NCBI GenBank assembly: GCA_963708185.1
Contig: OY970195.1
Coordinates: 32,001-96,000, forward strand
Direction: 5' to 3'
Source of the DNA: Candidatus Peregrinibacteria bacterium
Lineage (GTDB): Bacteria; Patescibacteriota; Gracilibacteria; UBA1369
DNA length: 64,000 nt
Positions 1 to 10,537 of this stretch are shown in pieces. Position numbers and translations under genes: made by a program. The notes under the pieces are model-generated. The model was not told the DNA's origin, did no database searches, and worked only from the letters and a program-made list of their open reading frames with translations. Numbering within the stretch: position 1 is the first letter of the stretch; each line of letters opens with the position of its first letter.

Positions 1-727
1 CGAACACGCCGATGTTCTGAAGTTCTTTTTCGAGCGGGCTTTTATCTTTTTTGGTCTCCGTGGTGAGTTTGGCGATTTTTCCCATTTCGGTATGCATGCC
101 GGTGTGGAGCACGACAGCCCGCCCGGTTCCGTGAGTGACCATGGTTCCCATGAAAACCTTATGGATTTTTTCCGGTTCATGGTCCCAGTTCGCTTCATAA
201 AGGATGGACGATTTTCCAACCGGGACGGATTCGCCGGTAAGGATGGCCTCCTGGGTTTCCAGTTCGTTTTCTTCAAAGATAAGGGCGTCGGCGTTGACGG
301 TGTCACCTTCTTCAAGGATCAGAATGTCGCCGGGAACCACGTCGGCAGCCGCGATTTTGATCTGCTTGCCGTCCCTGAGCACCCGGGCCTGCGGGGTGAT
401 GAGCTTCCGTAAGGCTTCGATGGCTTTCTCGGCCTTGTACTGCTGGGCGAAACCGATGCAGGCGTTAAGGATGACGATGAAAATAATGATGATGGCGTCG
501 GCGGTCTCCCCGCTCAGAAAAGCCAAACAAGCCGCCACGATCAGAATGATGACCATGAGATCCTTGAACTGGTCGAGAAATTCCAGAATCAGCGGGCGTT
601 TCTTTTTTACTTTCAAAAGATTTGCCCCTTTTTCCGCGAGGACTTTTTTTGCTTCGTCCGAACTCAACCCTTTCGGCGTTGAAAGGTGTTTTTTCAGAAA
701 TGCCTCGAGATTTTTGTTCAGGGACAT
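1..727 (-). CDS. Cation-transporting P-type ATPase (Ca2+/PII type), N-terminal part; runs off window edge
   Basis: Not in the ORF track. Manual translation from ATG at 727: MSLNKNLEAF..GLSSDEAKK..FLDQFKDLMVIILIVAA..QQYKAEKAIEAL..VVPGDIL..LTGESVPV (actuator TGES motif)..TGMHTEMGKIA. Confidence 0.9.
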   Translation of the reverse strand, partial: MSLNKNLEAFLKKHLSTPKGLSSDEAKKVLAEKGANLLKVKKKRPLILEFLDQFKDLMVIILIVAACLAFLSGETADAIIIIFIVILNACIGFAQQYKAEKAIEALRKLITPQARVLRDGKQIKIAAADVVPGDILILEEGDTVNADALIFEENELETQEAILTGESVPVGKSSILYEANWDHEPEKIHKVFMGTMVTHGTGRAVVLHTGMHTEMGKIAKLTTETKKDKSPLEKELQNIGVF

Positions 728-730
728 AGG

Positions 731-1393
731 TTATTGTAAATGTTCCAGTCTCCATTTTTTGATGTTGGCGTGGTGTCCGCTCAAAAGAACCTCGGGTACG
801 GGTTTTCCTTTGAAGGTTCTCGGCTGGGTGTAATGGGGATACTCTTTTTTTCTTTTGAGGGCTTTGGAAAAACTTTCTTCCTCGGTTGAGGCTTCTTCAC
901 CCAGGACGCCGGGGACGAAGCGGCTCAGGACGTCCATCACCACCATCGCGGGGAGCTCGCCTCCGGTCAGAACGTATTTGCCGATCGAGATCTCTTCGTC
1001 GACGGCAAGGTCGATGACGCGCTGGTCCACGCCTTCGTAGCGTCCGCAAAGAATGATAAGGCCGTTTTTTTTGCCTTTTTGGATTTTTTTATAGAGTTTT
1101 TCGGCCGATTGCTGGGTAAAAAGATTTCCCCTCGGGCTCATGTAGATCACAGGCCCTTTGTTGAGTTTTTTGACGGCCCTGATGCAATCGTAGATCGGCT
1201 GGGCCATCATCACCATGCCCGGACCTCCGCCAAAGGGAGGCGCATCCACTTTATGGTGCTTTTCTTTGCTGTAGGTGCGGATGTCATGAACGTGAATGTC
1301 GATTTTTTCCGATTGGATGGCTCGTTTAATGATGCTTTCCTGGAGGTAAGAGTCGAAAATATTTGGAAAAATGGTAAGGATGTCGAAGCGCAT
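731..1393 (-). CDS. trmD: tRNA (guanine37-N1)-methyltransferase
   Basis: MRFDILTIFP, GGGPGMV, CGRYEGVDQR, SIGKYVLTGGE, EYPHYT motifs; ATG at 1393 preferred over 1420. Confidence 0.97.
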   Translation of the reverse strand: MRFDILTIFPNIFDSYLQESIIKRAIQSEKIDIHVHDIRTYSKEKHHKVDAPPFGGGPGMVMMAQPIYDCIRAVKKLNKGPVIYMSPRGNLFTQQSAEKLYKKIQKGKKNGLIILCGRYEGVDQRVIDLAVDEEISIGKYVLTGGELPAMVVMDVLSRFVPGVLGEEASTEEESFSKALKRKKEYPHYTQPRTFKGKPVPEVLLSGHHANIKKWRLEHLQ

Positions 1394-1488
1394 GAAACAA
1401 AAAAAAGACTTTGTCGTCATTGTATCATAGGTGTTGTAATGAATGAATTATGGTATAATTATAAACTCTAGCAGTTTGAACATTTTCT

Positions 1489-3060
1489 ATGGTCCAGAAA
1501 TTTGCACCGGAATCGGAAAATTCAGAACAGCCATTGAACAGTCTCGAGCTTGAAGCCGGGATTCCGGTCACCATCAATGAGAAAGAGTTTCAGGAGGGGA
1601 CAGTCCTTGAAGTCTTCAGTTCCAATGGAAATCCGATCCTGACTTTGCGGAAAAACCCCCATGGAAATCAAGGGGAGCGTTCCTGTGCCCTCGAGATGAT
1701 TGACGGGCATAAAATCCTTTTGCCCGTGCCTTATTTTCATAGTACGTCGCAATATTTCATCGACGTCAAAGACAACGGAGATATTGAATTAAAGGTTCCG
1801 GCCGAAGGCAAGAATCTCCTCTACCGGCTCGATGACGGTCAGCGCGATATTTCGTCGATTCGAAGCAAGATCGTTGAGAAAGGCGAGCTGAGTCCCGAGT
1901 GGCAGGAAATACCTCTCCAGGATGACCAGTCCCTGGCTTTTTATAACACAAAGAAGGTCTGCGTGGCCCGCTTGTATAAAGTTCCCCATACCACCGAGTA
2001 TATTTTGCGGGACGCGCATGGAATCGCGAGGGAACACTTTATTGAAGGAGAGTCTGCGGAAACTCCCGCAAAAAATTCAAAGAATATTTCGATCGAAGTG
2101 AAACAGGGGAAGTTTCTCATAAAAGGCGGACATAAGCTGCAGATGGTCATAGAACAACTGCCGTCTTTTGAGAAAATTCCCGGGGGTGCCGCGGGATCTT
2201 TTGAAGACGACACAGCTGTGCTGCTGACCGGCACCATAAACGGTGGACGGAGAATAGCTTTGGGAAGTTTCCGCGAGGTAGGTGTCGTGAAAACGGAATA
2301 TTCCGATTGCAACGAGGATAATGCCGGATTCAACATTGATACAGCCGTCGTCGCAGACGGTCTCGGCGGAAACATGAACGGTTCCCACGCATCGGATTAT
2401 GCCGTCGAGTCTTTACTGAAATCCCGGGCGAATTTCAAACAGGCCCTGAATAACGCCCACGAACGGATGATCCTTTTTACCAGCGCTTTCCGACAGCTCC
2501 AGGAAGAAGCCCGCGATTCGCAGGATGCGTGGTTCGATAACGGGCAACTCGCTCAGGTTCCCGTTCCCAAAATAGCCGTTCCGGATACGGTCATGTGCGC
2601 TGTCCGCTTCAATGGCGATGCGATGGAAACGATGGTTCTCGGAGATTGCGCCATTTACGTGGTTCGTGACGGAAGGATTGTTTACCGGTCACGGGAACAT
2701 ACTTATGTGGCCCAGCAGGTGGCCATGGGGAAGATGACAAAACGGGAGGCCATGACTTCTGAGCTTCGCAGTATCGTTGGATCCACCATGGTTGGGGCAT
2801 TTTCTCCGGACCTTGACACTTTTCAGCTTCAAAAAGGGGACAGCATTGCATTGATGAGTGACGGCGGTATCATGCCAGACAGCGTCATCGTCGACTGTGT
2901 TCAGGGCAACACGCCGGAAGTCGCCGTCAAACGTTTATTCGAAGAAAAACGCGATGAAAATATTCTCGGAGGGGCGTATTACGATCCCGATGACGGTGGC
3001 GCACCGGTGGCACAGTCATCGAAAGACAATACCTCCTATCTCGTGATTGAACACGATTAG
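1489..3060 (+). CDS. PP2C/PPM-family Ser/Thr phosphatase domain protein with unknown N-terminal half
   Basis: C-terminal half has NEDN, VADGLGG, LGDC, MSDG and DN motifs of PP2C. Confidence 0.75.
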   Translation: MVQKFAPESENSEQPLNSLELEAGIPVTINEKEFQEGTVLEVFSSNGNPILTLRKNPHGNQGERSCALEMIDGHKILLPVPYFHSTSQYFIDVKDNGDIELKVPAEGKNLLYRLDDGQRDISSIRSKIVEKGELSPEWQEIPLQDDQSLAFYNTKKVCVARLYKVPHTTEYILRDAHGIAREHFIEGESAETPAKNSKNISIEVKQGKFLIKGGHKLQMVIEQLPSFEKIPGGAAGSFEDDTAVLLTGTINGGRRIALGSFREVGVVKTEYSDCNEDNAGFNIDTAVVADGLGGNMNGSHASDYAVESLLKSRANFKQALNNAHERMILFTSAFRQLQEEARDSQDAWFDNGQLAQVPVPKIAVPDTVMCAVRFNGDAMETMVLGDCAIYVVRDGRIVYRSREHTYVAQQVAMGKMTKREAMTSELRSIVGSTMVGAFSPDLDTFQLQKGDSIALMSDGGIMPDSVIVDCVQGNTPEVAVKRLFEEKRDENILGGAYYDPDDGGAPVAQSSKDNTSYLVIEHD

Positions 3061-3108
3061 CAGCTGTGTGTGGTGCTGGGTTACGCCTGATGGGCCCGGA
3101 GGCGTTTT

Positions 3109-3531
3109 TTAACGTTTGCTGAATTGCGGTGCTCGACGTGCGCGCTTGAGACCCGGCTTTTTGCGTTCCTTGACGCGGGCGTCGCGAGTGAGAAACCCGG
3201 CCTTTTTCAGGGTGGAGCGGAAAGTGTCGTTGTATTCGAGCAGGGCACGGGAAATCCCGTGGCGGATAGCGTCGGTTTGGGCGTTGATGCCGCCGCCGCT
3301 TACTTTTACGGAGATATCGAAGTTTTTGGTCATGCCCGTGAGTTTGAGCGGAGCTTTGATCACGGAATGACCGGTGGCAGTTTTGATGAACTCATCGACC
3401 GGTTTGTCGTTGACGGTGATGACGCCTTTGCCGTTTGAATAGAGGCGTACGCGGGCTACGGCGGTCTTGCGTTTCCCGAGACCGTAGTAGTATTCCTGAA
3501 GTTTGGATTTAGCTTTCGTGGTTTCTGCCAT
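3109..3531 (-). CDS. rpsI: 30S ribosomal protein S9
   Basis: [37 protein letters not shown]. Confidence 0.98.
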   Translation of the reverse strand: MAETTKAKSKLQEYYYGLGKRKTAVARVRLYSNGKGVITVNDKPVDEFIKTATGHSVIKAPLKLTGMTKNFDISVKVSGGGINAQTDAIRHGISRALLEYNDTFRSTLKKAGFLTRDARVKERKKPGLKRARRAPQFSKR

Positions 3532-3561
3532 TTTTTAGGATGATAGGTTGTAGATGTTCGA

Positions 3562-3993
3562 TTAGAGTTCGAGTGGTTTCGGTTCCTGGGCAATCTGCTT
3601 GTGTTCACTGCCGCCGTAGACCTTGAGTTTTCTCAGGATGTCTTTCTTCAGTTTGTTCTGAGGGATCATGCCGGCAACAGCCTTGAAAATGATGTCTTCA
3701 GGTTTCTTTTCCAATAAACGCTGAGGGGTGGTCGATTTTAAACCGTTTGCGTAGCGGGTATGGTGGTAATAGACCTTCTGGGTGGTCTTGTTTCCGGTGA
3801 ACCTGATCTCCTTGGCGTTGACGACGACGACAAAATCGCCGCAGTCGAGGTGAGGGGAATAGAGGGCCTTGTGCTTTCCGCGGAGAATATCGGCGATTTT
3901 CGTGGCAACACGTCCGACGGTTTTTCCTTTCACGTCAACGAGAAACCATTGGCGCTTGATATCGGTGTTTTTGGGGGAGTAAGTCTTGTTCAC
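3562..3993 (-). CDS. rplM: 50S ribosomal protein L13
   Basis: GTG start at 3993 (VNKTYSPK..WFLVD..GRVAT..LRGKHK..PHLDCGD); the longer ORF to 4155 overlaps rplQ. Confidence 0.95.
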   Translation of the reverse strand: MNKTYSPKNTDIKRQWFLVDVKGKTVGRVATKIADILRGKHKALYSPHLDCGDFVVVVNAKEIRFTGNKTTQKVYYHHTRYANGLKSTTPQRLLEKKPEDIIFKAVAGMIPQNKLKKDILRKLKVYGGSEHKQIAQEPKPLEL

Positions 3994-4018
3994 TGTTGAG
4001 AAATTGATAGGGTGTAGA

Positions 4019-4372
4019 TTAAACCAGTTCGATCTGGACGATCGGAGCCGCGTCACCTGCGCGGAATTTGATCGGAGTGATACGGGTGAAACCGCTTGTT
4101 CTTTCAGCATAACGTTTGGTGAGCTCTTCCATGACTTTGCGGGATGCGAGTTCACTGTGCAAGACGCTGTTGAGTGAGCGGATGGCGAGACGTTTTTCTT
4201 TTTTCTTCGCCGCGTTGATCAGTTCATCGATCAGAGGCTGCACCGCTTTGGCTTTTGCCTGAGTCGTCTGGATTTTTTCATGGATCATCAGTGACGTCGC
4301 AAGATTTCCGAGCATGAGCCGGCGCGTATCACGTTTAAGTCCTAAAGTGTTTTTTCTGTGCTGGTGCCTCAT
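4019..4372 (-). CDS. rplQ: 50S ribosomal protein L17
   Basis: MRH..NLATSL..HEKIQTT.AKAK..R.SGFTRI..RAGDAA. Confidence 0.97.
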   Translation of the reverse strand: MRHQHRKNTLGLKRDTRRLMLGNLATSLMIHEKIQTTQAKAKAVQPLIDELINAAKKKEKRLAIRSLNSVLHSELASRKVMEELTKRYAERTSGFTRITPIKFRAGDAAPIVQIELV

Positions 4373-4412
4373 TGAGGATGGAAAGTAGAGAGTATTAAAA
4401 TGATTGTGTCGA

Positions 4413-5390
4413 TTATTCTTCGGAGAGCATAAGGTCTCGTGACTTCAGCGCGTTCTTTACTTCAGTGAGAGCCTTTTTACCAAACCCGCGGAGATTCGTC
4501 AACTTGCTTTCGGTGCATTTTGAAAGTTGTTCGATGGAACCGATGCCTCCATTGATGAGGGCATTGAGAGTTCTCGGTGAAAAGCCCAGGATTTCAATCG
4601 GAGTGTAGCTTTCCTGAACCGGCTTGTTCTTTTCTTCTGCCTGTTCTTTTTCTACGATCTTCTTGAAGTCGGACATGTAATCCGCTTCAACCATGGCGTT
4701 TTCCTGATTGAAGAGGTTGTAGTACGACTGAAGGATGTTGGAAGCGAACTTGACGGCGTCTTCCGGAGTGATGGAGCCGTCGGTCATGACTTCCAGCATG
4801 AGTTTGTCGAGGTTCGTCATCTGGCCCACGCGGGTAGCTTCTACATCGTAGCGGGCCTTTTTAACCGGGCTGAAGACTCCGTCCAGGATCATGAGAGCTG
4901 GATCCACGCCGTCTTCCTTCTGGCGTGCATGGGCAGGCATATACCCAACGCCTTTTTCAATGCGGAGTTCCATATTGAGTTTCGCACCTTTTTCCAGAGT
5001 GGTGATGTAAAGGTCCTTGTTGAGGATTTCAACGTCGCTCGGGCACTTGATGTCTTTGGCGTAGACGGGGCCTTCCTTGGAGACGCTCAACGTGCAGGTG
5101 GTAGGTTCCTTGCTGGCCTTCTTGATATAAAGTCCTTTGAGGTTGAGGGTGATGTCGAGCACACTTTCCTTGACTCCTTTGACCGTGGAATATTCATGGC
5201 TCACACCGTCGATTTTGATGCCGGTGACGCTTGCTCCGGGCAAGGAAGAAAGAAGAACGCGACGAAAAGCATTACCAATGGTCATGCCGTATCCCGGTGG
5301 GAGCGGGCTGACGGTGAAAATGGCATGATTATCACTGACCTTTTCAGTTTTAATCTTTGGAATGCCGATTTCTTCTTGAATGTAATGCAT
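4413..5390 (-). CDS. rpoA: RNA polymerase alpha subunit
   Basis: PLPPGYGMTIGNAFRRVLLSSLPG, HEYST, RVGQMTNLDKL, alpha-CTD RGFGKKAL. Confidence 0.98.
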   Translation of the reverse strand: MHYIQEEIGIPKIKTEKVSDNHAIFTVSPLPPGYGMTIGNAFRRVLLSSLPGASVTGIKIDGVSHEYSTVKGVKESVLDITLNLKGLYIKKASKEPTTCTLSVSKEGPVYAKDIKCPSDVEILNKDLYITTLEKGAKLNMELRIEKGVGYMPAHARQKEDGVDPALMILDGVFSPVKKARYDVEATRVGQMTNLDKLMLEVMTDGSITPEDAVKFASNILQSYYNLFNQENAMVEADYMSDFKKIVEKEQAEEKNKPVQESYTPIEILGFSPRTLNALINGGIGSIEQLSKCTESKLTNLRGFGKKALTEVKNALKSRDLMLSEE

Positions 5391-5471
5391 TATGTTGAGG
5401 TTTAAAGGATGACATACCTTTTTGGTTTGTCCCTGCCGGGACGGAGAAAGTTCCCCTTTAAAATGGGGATA

Positions 5472-6089
5472 TTAAGCTTTCGAATAGTATTCAATCACCA
5501 TGCTTGTCTGGATACCCTGTTCAAGTTCCTGGGGTTCGATTTCACGGGTGACTTCACCGGTAAGGGTTTTGTAATCCACCTTGATCCATTTTGCCGGCGC
5601 AAACTTTTGCTTTTCGAGATCTGAAAAGAGTTTCGATTTTTTCAGACGTCCAATGGCTTCGAACTTGTCGCCGACGGTCACTTGGTATGAAGGGACGTTG
5701 ACCTTGCGGTTGTTGACTTTGAAAAGGCCGTGGCTGACCATCTGGCGAGCCTGTGGACGGCTCTTGGCGAGGCCGGCCTTGAAAATAACGCTGTCGAGAC
5801 GTTTTTCAAGAAGTTTTAAAAGTGCGTTACCGGTAACCTCTTTCATGGTACTCGCTTTCTTGTAGTAGTTGAAAAGTTGGCGTTCCGTAATGCCGAACAT
5901 GATTTTAATGCGCTGTTTTTCACGAAGCTGGCGTGCAAATTCGGACTTCTTGGAGAAGCTTCCCTTTGGGCCGTGCATGCCCGGTTTGTAGTTCTTTTTG
6001 ATCTTGTTGGTATCGAACTTTTCGTTACCGAAGAGATTCATTCCTTCTCTTCTGACCAAACGCATTTTGGGACCGGTATATCGTGACAT
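5472..6089 (-). CDS. rpsD: 30S ribosomal protein S4
   Basis: MSRYTGP..PGMHG..QLREKQR..LEKRLD..ARQMVSHG..IEYYS. Confidence 0.98.
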   Translation of the reverse strand: MSRYTGPKMRLVRREGMNLFGNEKFDTNKIKKNYKPGMHGPKGSFSKKSEFARQLREKQRIKIMFGITERQLFNYYKKASTMKEVTGNALLKLLEKRLDSVIFKAGLAKSRPQARQMVSHGLFKVNNRKVNVPSYQVTVGDKFEAIGRLKKSKLFSDLEKQKFAPAKWIKVDYKTLTGEVTREIEPQELEQGIQTSMVIEYYSKA

Positions 6090-6140
6090 GTGAGAACAGT
6101 ATAAGGTGGATAATATAAGGTGCGGGTAAGCCGCTGCGCT

Positions 6141-6671
6141 TTAGACGCGGCGGGATCTGCGCTTGCGAACGCCGTTGTGGGCGATCGCGGTGATGTCGGT
6201 GAGAGATTCGATGTTGAGTCCGCCGGTGTGGAGTCCGCGGATGGCTTGTTCACGACCCGAGCCGACGCCCTTCACAATAACATGAACCTTTTCCAAACCA
6301 TAGACTTTTGCTTTGTTGACGGCATTTTCGGATGAAACCTGGGCTGCATATGGAGTGGCTTTTTTTGCGCCCTTGAATCCGTTGGATCCTGCGCTGCTCC
6401 AGGCAAGCACTTCACCGTTCATGTCGGTCAGGGTGACGATGGTGTTGTTATAGGTGGCCTGAATATAAGCTTTTCCTTCCAATACCGTGCGGCGTTTTGC
6501 CTTTCCCTTTTTGGACTTTACGGGTTTTGCGGATTTTTCCGGAGTGGCCGCTTTCTTTGAAGCTTTGTCCTTGGCCGGCGCTTTCTGGTCTTTGTCGGCC
6601 CCGGTCTGTTCAGCCGCTGCGTTTTCACCGCTTTCGGAGGCTTTTGCCGTTTTGGTCGTTTCTTCTGCCAT
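6141..6671 (-). CDS. rpsK: 30S ribosomal protein S11 (long N-terminal extension)
   Basis: ATYNNTIVT..WSSAG..KKATPYAAQ..GSGRE..HNG. Confidence 0.97.
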   Translation of the reverse strand: MAEETTKTAKASESGENAAAEQTGADKDQKAPAKDKASKKAATPEKSAKPVKSKKGKAKRRTVLEGKAYIQATYNNTIVTLTDMNGEVLAWSSAGSNGFKGAKKATPYAAQVSSENAVNKAKVYGLEKVHVIVKGVGSGREQAIRGLHTGGLNIESLTDITAIAHNGVRKRRSRRV

Positions 6672-6704
6672 TGTTAGTAAATGATGAGAATATGAGTGTT
6701 ACGA

Positions 6705-7088
6705 TTACTTGGTGGCTACTTTTTTGTTGGCAACCGTCTTTCTCTTTCCTTTTCTGGTGCGTGCGTTCGTCTTGGTGTTCTGCCCGCGCACCGGGAGTCC
6801 GCGGCGATGGCGGAAACCACGATAGGAACCGATTTCCTGGAGACGCTTGACGTCCATCTGGATTTTACGGCGAAGATCACCTTCGGTCTGCATTTTGGAG
6901 ATTTTTTCGCGAAGGATATTCAGTTGGTCGTCAGTAAGCTCGCTCACCCGGATGTCCGGACTGATATTGCTTTCCTTGAGAATCTTGTTGCTCAGACTCC
7001 TGCCGATGCCATAAATGGAAGTCAGTCCAATTTCGATTCGTTTTTCCTTGGGGAGTGTAATACCTGCTATACGGGCAACCGTTGCCAT
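6705..7088 (-). CDS. rpsM: 30S ribosomal protein S13
   Basis: [36 protein letters not shown]. Confidence 0.98.
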   Translation of the reverse strand: MATVARIAGITLPKEKRIEIGLTSIYGIGRSLSNKILKESNISPDIRVSELTDDQLNILREKISKMQTEGDLRRKIQMDVKRLQEIGSYRGFRHRRGLPVRGQNTKTNARTRKGKRKTVANKKVATK

Positions 7089-7113
7089 AAAACGATGAAG
7101 TTAAGTTTAAAAA

Positions 7114-7227
7114 TTAACCCTGTCTTTGCTTGTGCTTTTTAATCACGCAGATGACCCTCACGACGTTTTTGCGGCGGATGACCTTGCATTTGTTACAAAT
7201 TTTTTTGACTGATGATCGTACTTTCAT
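7114..7227 (-). CDS. rpmJ: 50S ribosomal protein L36
   Basis: Below the ORF-track cutoff; manual translation [37 protein letters not shown]. Confidence 0.96.
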   Translation of the reverse strand: MKVRSSVKKICNKCKVIRRKNVVRVICVIKKHKQRQG

Positions 7228-7607
7228 GATGGGGATTGGGTTGATTCGGTTGACGGCTCCTTGTTTTCGTCAGGTGTTTTCGTTTCGCCCTCTGGAGGCG
7301 GGGTTCCCTCAGGGGTTACGGCCGGAGCGGCAGCTGGCGGAGTTTCCTGTACCGGCTGGGTGCCGGGTCCCGTTCGCTGATCCTTGTGACGGAAGACGAT
7401 TCTTCCTTTGGTAAGGTCGTAGGGTGTCAGTTCAATGGTTACTTTGTCTCCGGGAAGGATGCGGATGTAGTTTATCCTCATTCGTCCGGAAATATGTGCC
7501 AGGACGGAATGATCAGGATAACGTTCATCGAGAAGTTTGACCCGGAACATAGCATTTGGCAGGGCTTCTGTGACCACTCCCAAAACTTCGATTACCTCTT
7601 TCGCCAT
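7224..7607 (-). CDS. infA: Translation initiation factor IF-1 with P/T/E-rich C-terminal tail
   Basis: [41 protein letters not shown]. Confidence 0.96.
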   Translation of the reverse strand: MAKEVIEVLGVVTEALPNAMFRVKLLDERYPDHSVLAHISGRMRINYIRILPGDKVTIELTPYDLTKGRIVFRHKDQRTGPGTQPVQETPPAAAPAVTPEGTPPPEGETKTPDENKEPSTESTQSPS

Positions 7608-7733
7608 ACGTTGGATGTAAGTGAGGTTTTATGCCTTGTTTTTCCTCTTTTTCAGGACAAAATTTTACAAAAGAGCGTTAGGATTCTACATGACTAAAAT
7701 GACCATTGCAAGGGAATTTTTATGTCAAAGTTG

Positions 7734-8519
7734 TCAGGTTTCGTCGGGTCGTTTCGTCAGGATTTCACAACCCTTGGGAGTGATGGCAATGGTATGTTCC
7801 ACCTGGACCGCGGGAGAGCCGTCCACCGTGACGATCGTCCAGCCGTCTTTCAGCGTTTTTACCCTTGAGTTTCCCATGGTAAAGATAGGTTCGATGGCGA
7901 TGGTCATCCCGGCCTGTAAAACCGGGCCCGGATCGGAGTCCCGAAAGTTTGGAACCTGAGGGTCTTCGTGGAGGCGGTGTCCGATGCCGTGGCCGATGAG
8001 ATCATGAACCACGCTGTAGCCGTTTTTTACGATAATATCCTCGATGACTCCGCTGATGGTCCTGATCCGTATTCCCGGCTTGGCGGTTTCGGTGGCTTTC
8101 TTCAGTGCTTTTTCCGCTGTAGCGATGAGTTTGGCGAGCTCGGGCTTTATTTTTCCGACGCCTTTCGTGATCGCGGAGTCACTGTGAAATCCTTCATAGA
8201 CAACCCCACAATCCACGGTGACGATATCACCTTCGCGGAAGCCGTGGTGGGTGGGGATGCCGTGGACGACCTGGTCGTTGATGTTGATGCAGCAGACGTT
8301 GGGGAATCCGTTGTAGCCCTTGAAAGAGGGGAGGACTCCATAATCTTCCATCATTTTTTCGGCCATGACGTCAAGGTCCATTCCGGTCATGCCCGGTTGG
8401 ATGTGTTTACCGATTTCGTGAAGAATAAGCCCGAGAATCCGTCCGCTCTCGCGCATTTTTTTCATGTCTTCCGCATCTTTGATGCCGATTTTCATGTGCC
8501 CTTCTCTCCAGTATTTCAT
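7734..8519 (-). CDS. map: Type I methionine aminopeptidase
   Basis: FKGYNGFP..VVHGIP..GHGIG..LHEDP..AIEP..EHT; start may be ATG at 8495. Confidence 0.96.
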   Translation of the reverse strand: MKYWREGHMKIGIKDAEDMKKMRESGRILGLILHEIGKHIQPGMTGMDLDVMAEKMMEDYGVLPSFKGYNGFPNVCCININDQVVHGIPTHHGFREGDIVTVDCGVVYEGFHSDSAITKGVGKIKPELAKLIATAEKALKKATETAKPGIRIRTISGVIEDIIVKNGYSVVHDLIGHGIGHRLHEDPQVPNFRDSDPGPVLQAGMTIAIEPIFTMGNSRVKTLKDGWTIVTVDGSPAVQVEHTIAITPKGCEILTKRPDET

Positions 8520-8536
8520 GGCCTGTATTTCATGAA

Positions 8537-9172
8537 TTAGAGCTTCCCGTCCAAAAGTTTGAAAATTTCCGTCGTTGCATCGGGAATACTCAGGTTTCCG
8601 TTCATCCTGAGCATTTTTCCTTCTTTTTCGTAGTGTTCGATCACGGGCATGGTTTCGTCAAAGTACGCTTTGATGCGGGTCTTGATGCTTTCCGGGTTGT
8701 CGTCGTTGCGGGCCACCAGTTTTCCTCCGCATTTTTCACAAGTTTCTTTGGTGTAGGCGGCGGGATAGACCGTTTTACAGTTTTCACAGATTCTTCGGCT
8801 CATCAGTCTTTTCATGACGACGTCTTCCGGGACTTCGATCAATATACCCAGCATCTGACGGTTGTATTTTTTCATGAGGGCGTCGAAGGTTTCGGCCTGG
8901 ACCATTTTTCTGGGAATACCGTCAAAGAGCACATTTTTGCCGGCAGGAAGTTTTTGCATGAAGTTTTCGATGATGTCCATGACCACTTCGTTGGGGACGA
9001 GATTGCCGGCTTCGACAATACTTTTGACCTTGCGTCCAAGGTCGGAATCTTCCTGGGCGAGTTTGCGCAATTCGCCTCCGGTTTCAAAAACCATGAGTCC
9101 GTATTTTTCGGCGACCGCTTTGCCTAGCGTGCCTTTTCCGGAACCCTGAATTCCAAAGAGGACGATGTCCAT
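8537..9172 (-). CDS. adk: Adenylate kinase (Zn-lid type)
   Basis: GIQGSGKGT P-loop, FDGIPR, CxxC..CxxC lid, RNDD. Confidence 0.95.
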   Translation of the reverse strand: MDIVLFGIQGSGKGTLGKAVAEKYGLMVFETGGELRKLAQEDSDLGRKVKSIVEAGNLVPNEVVMDIIENFMQKLPAGKNVLFDGIPRKMVQAETFDALMKKYNRQMLGILIEVPEDVVMKRLMSRRICENCKTVYPAAYTKETCEKCGGKLVARNDDNPESIKTRIKAYFDETMPVIEHYEKEGKMLRMNGNLSIPDATTEIFKLLDGKL

Positions 9173-9175
9173 GGA

Positions 9176-10474
9176 TTAATAAAGTTTATTGTAGTCGTGC
9201 ATGACCAGCTGTGCGTTGACCTGGCGGAGCAGTTCGAGCACAACACCGGCAATAATGATCAACCCGGCGCCGCTGATGACGGTTGGTACGCTTCCGAAAG
9301 AGAAGCTGGAAGAGATGTTTTCAAGGATGACGGGCAGGACGGCGATGAGTCCGATGAAAAGACCACCGAAAAGGTTGAGGCGGTCGGAAATTTTCTGGAG
9401 GTATTCCGCCGTTTGTTTTCCCGGGCGAATGCCGGGGATATAGCCGCCGCGTTTCTGGATGTTTTCAGCGACCTGTTCCGGGTTGAAGGTGATGTTGACG
9501 TAGAAGAAGGTGAAAGCGATGACGAGCAGGAAGTAGGCGATGAGGTAGGGAATGCCGTTTTGTTGGAAGTACGTCGTGATGAAGGTCGCGATGTTCTTCA
9601 GCCAATCCTGCGGCGCGTTCTGTAAAAACTGGGCGATGATGCCCGGGAAAGTGATCAAAGAAATGGCAAAGATGATGGGGACCATTCCCGCCTGGTTGAC
9701 GCGGATGGGAAGGGTCGAGTTGTCGCTGCGTCCGCGGATGCCGCGGCCGGCGTAAATGATCGGGATGTTGCGTTGCGCTTCCGTGACGAGGATGACGAGA
9801 ACCGTGAGGATGAGCGTCACCAGGAGCATGATGATGAACGGAATGAGTTTTTCGGACGATTGCTGGGTCAGCGCGAGGTTCTGTCCGATGACGGAAGGGA
9901 TGTTGGCGATGATACCGATGAAAATGATGATCGATGCCCCGTTGCCGACGCCTTCTTCGGTGATGAGTTCACTTAACCACATCAAGAGGAGGGTTCCGGC
10001 GGTTACCGTCACCATGATTGGGAGAATGACCGCAGGGGAGTTGATGTCAGTAAAAAGAGGAACCGGTGATTGTGAGTTCAAAAGAAGGATCATGCCGTAG
10101 GACTGGATGAAAGCGAGCGGCAATGTGATCCAGCGGGTGTATTTGTTGAGCTGGCGCTGCCCCTGTTCACCTTCCTTGGAGATGCTTTCCAGTTTGGGGA
10201 CGATGACCGTGAGCAGCTGGATGATAATGGAGGCGTTAATGTACGGCGAAAGCCCCATCAAGATAATGGAAAAGTTGTGTGCGCTGCCTCCCGTGAGAAG
10301 ACTGAAGAGGCCGAGAATCTGGTTGCGGTTGAAAATGACTTCAAGCGCGCTGAGGTTGACGCCGGGAATCGTGACCTGTGCCAGCATACGGCAAATGATC
10401 ACCATACCGATCGTGAAGAGGATTCTGTTGCGGAGTTCTTTGGAATTCCAGATTTGTTCTAAGTATTTAAACAT
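9176..10474 (-). CDS. secY: Preprotein translocase SecY
   Basis: GLSPYINASII, ITEEGVGNG, NQAGMVPIIFA, IPGIRPG. Confidence 0.98.
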   Translation of the reverse strand: MFKYLEQIWNSKELRNRILFTIGMVIICRMLAQVTIPGVNLSALEVIFNRNQILGLFSLLTGGSAHNFSIILMGLSPYINASIIIQLLTVIVPKLESISKEGEQGQRQLNKYTRWITLPLAFIQSYGMILLLNSQSPVPLFTDINSPAVILPIMVTVTAGTLLLMWLSELITEEGVGNGASIIIFIGIIANIPSVIGQNLALTQQSSEKLIPFIIMLLVTLILTVLVILVTEAQRNIPIIYAGRGIRGRSDNSTLPIRVNQAGMVPIIFAISLITFPGIIAQFLQNAPQDWLKNIATFITTYFQQNGIPYLIAYFLLVIAFTFFYVNITFNPEQVAENIQKRGGYIPGIRPGKQTAEYLQKISDRLNLFGGLFIGLIAVLPVILENISSSFSFGSVPTVISGAGLIIIAGVVLELLRQVNAQLVMHDYNKLY

Positions 10475-10537
10475 CGGGTGGGTCTTGAGTTAGGGCAGGA
10501 TCGGCCGGGCGGTTGGTAAGGGAACCCGCTCGATCGT

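Noticed and set aside
3994-4155. N-terminally extended L13 (197 aa) in the ORF track
   Set aside because: The extension overlaps rplQ in another frame; GTG at 3993 gives a normal-length L13
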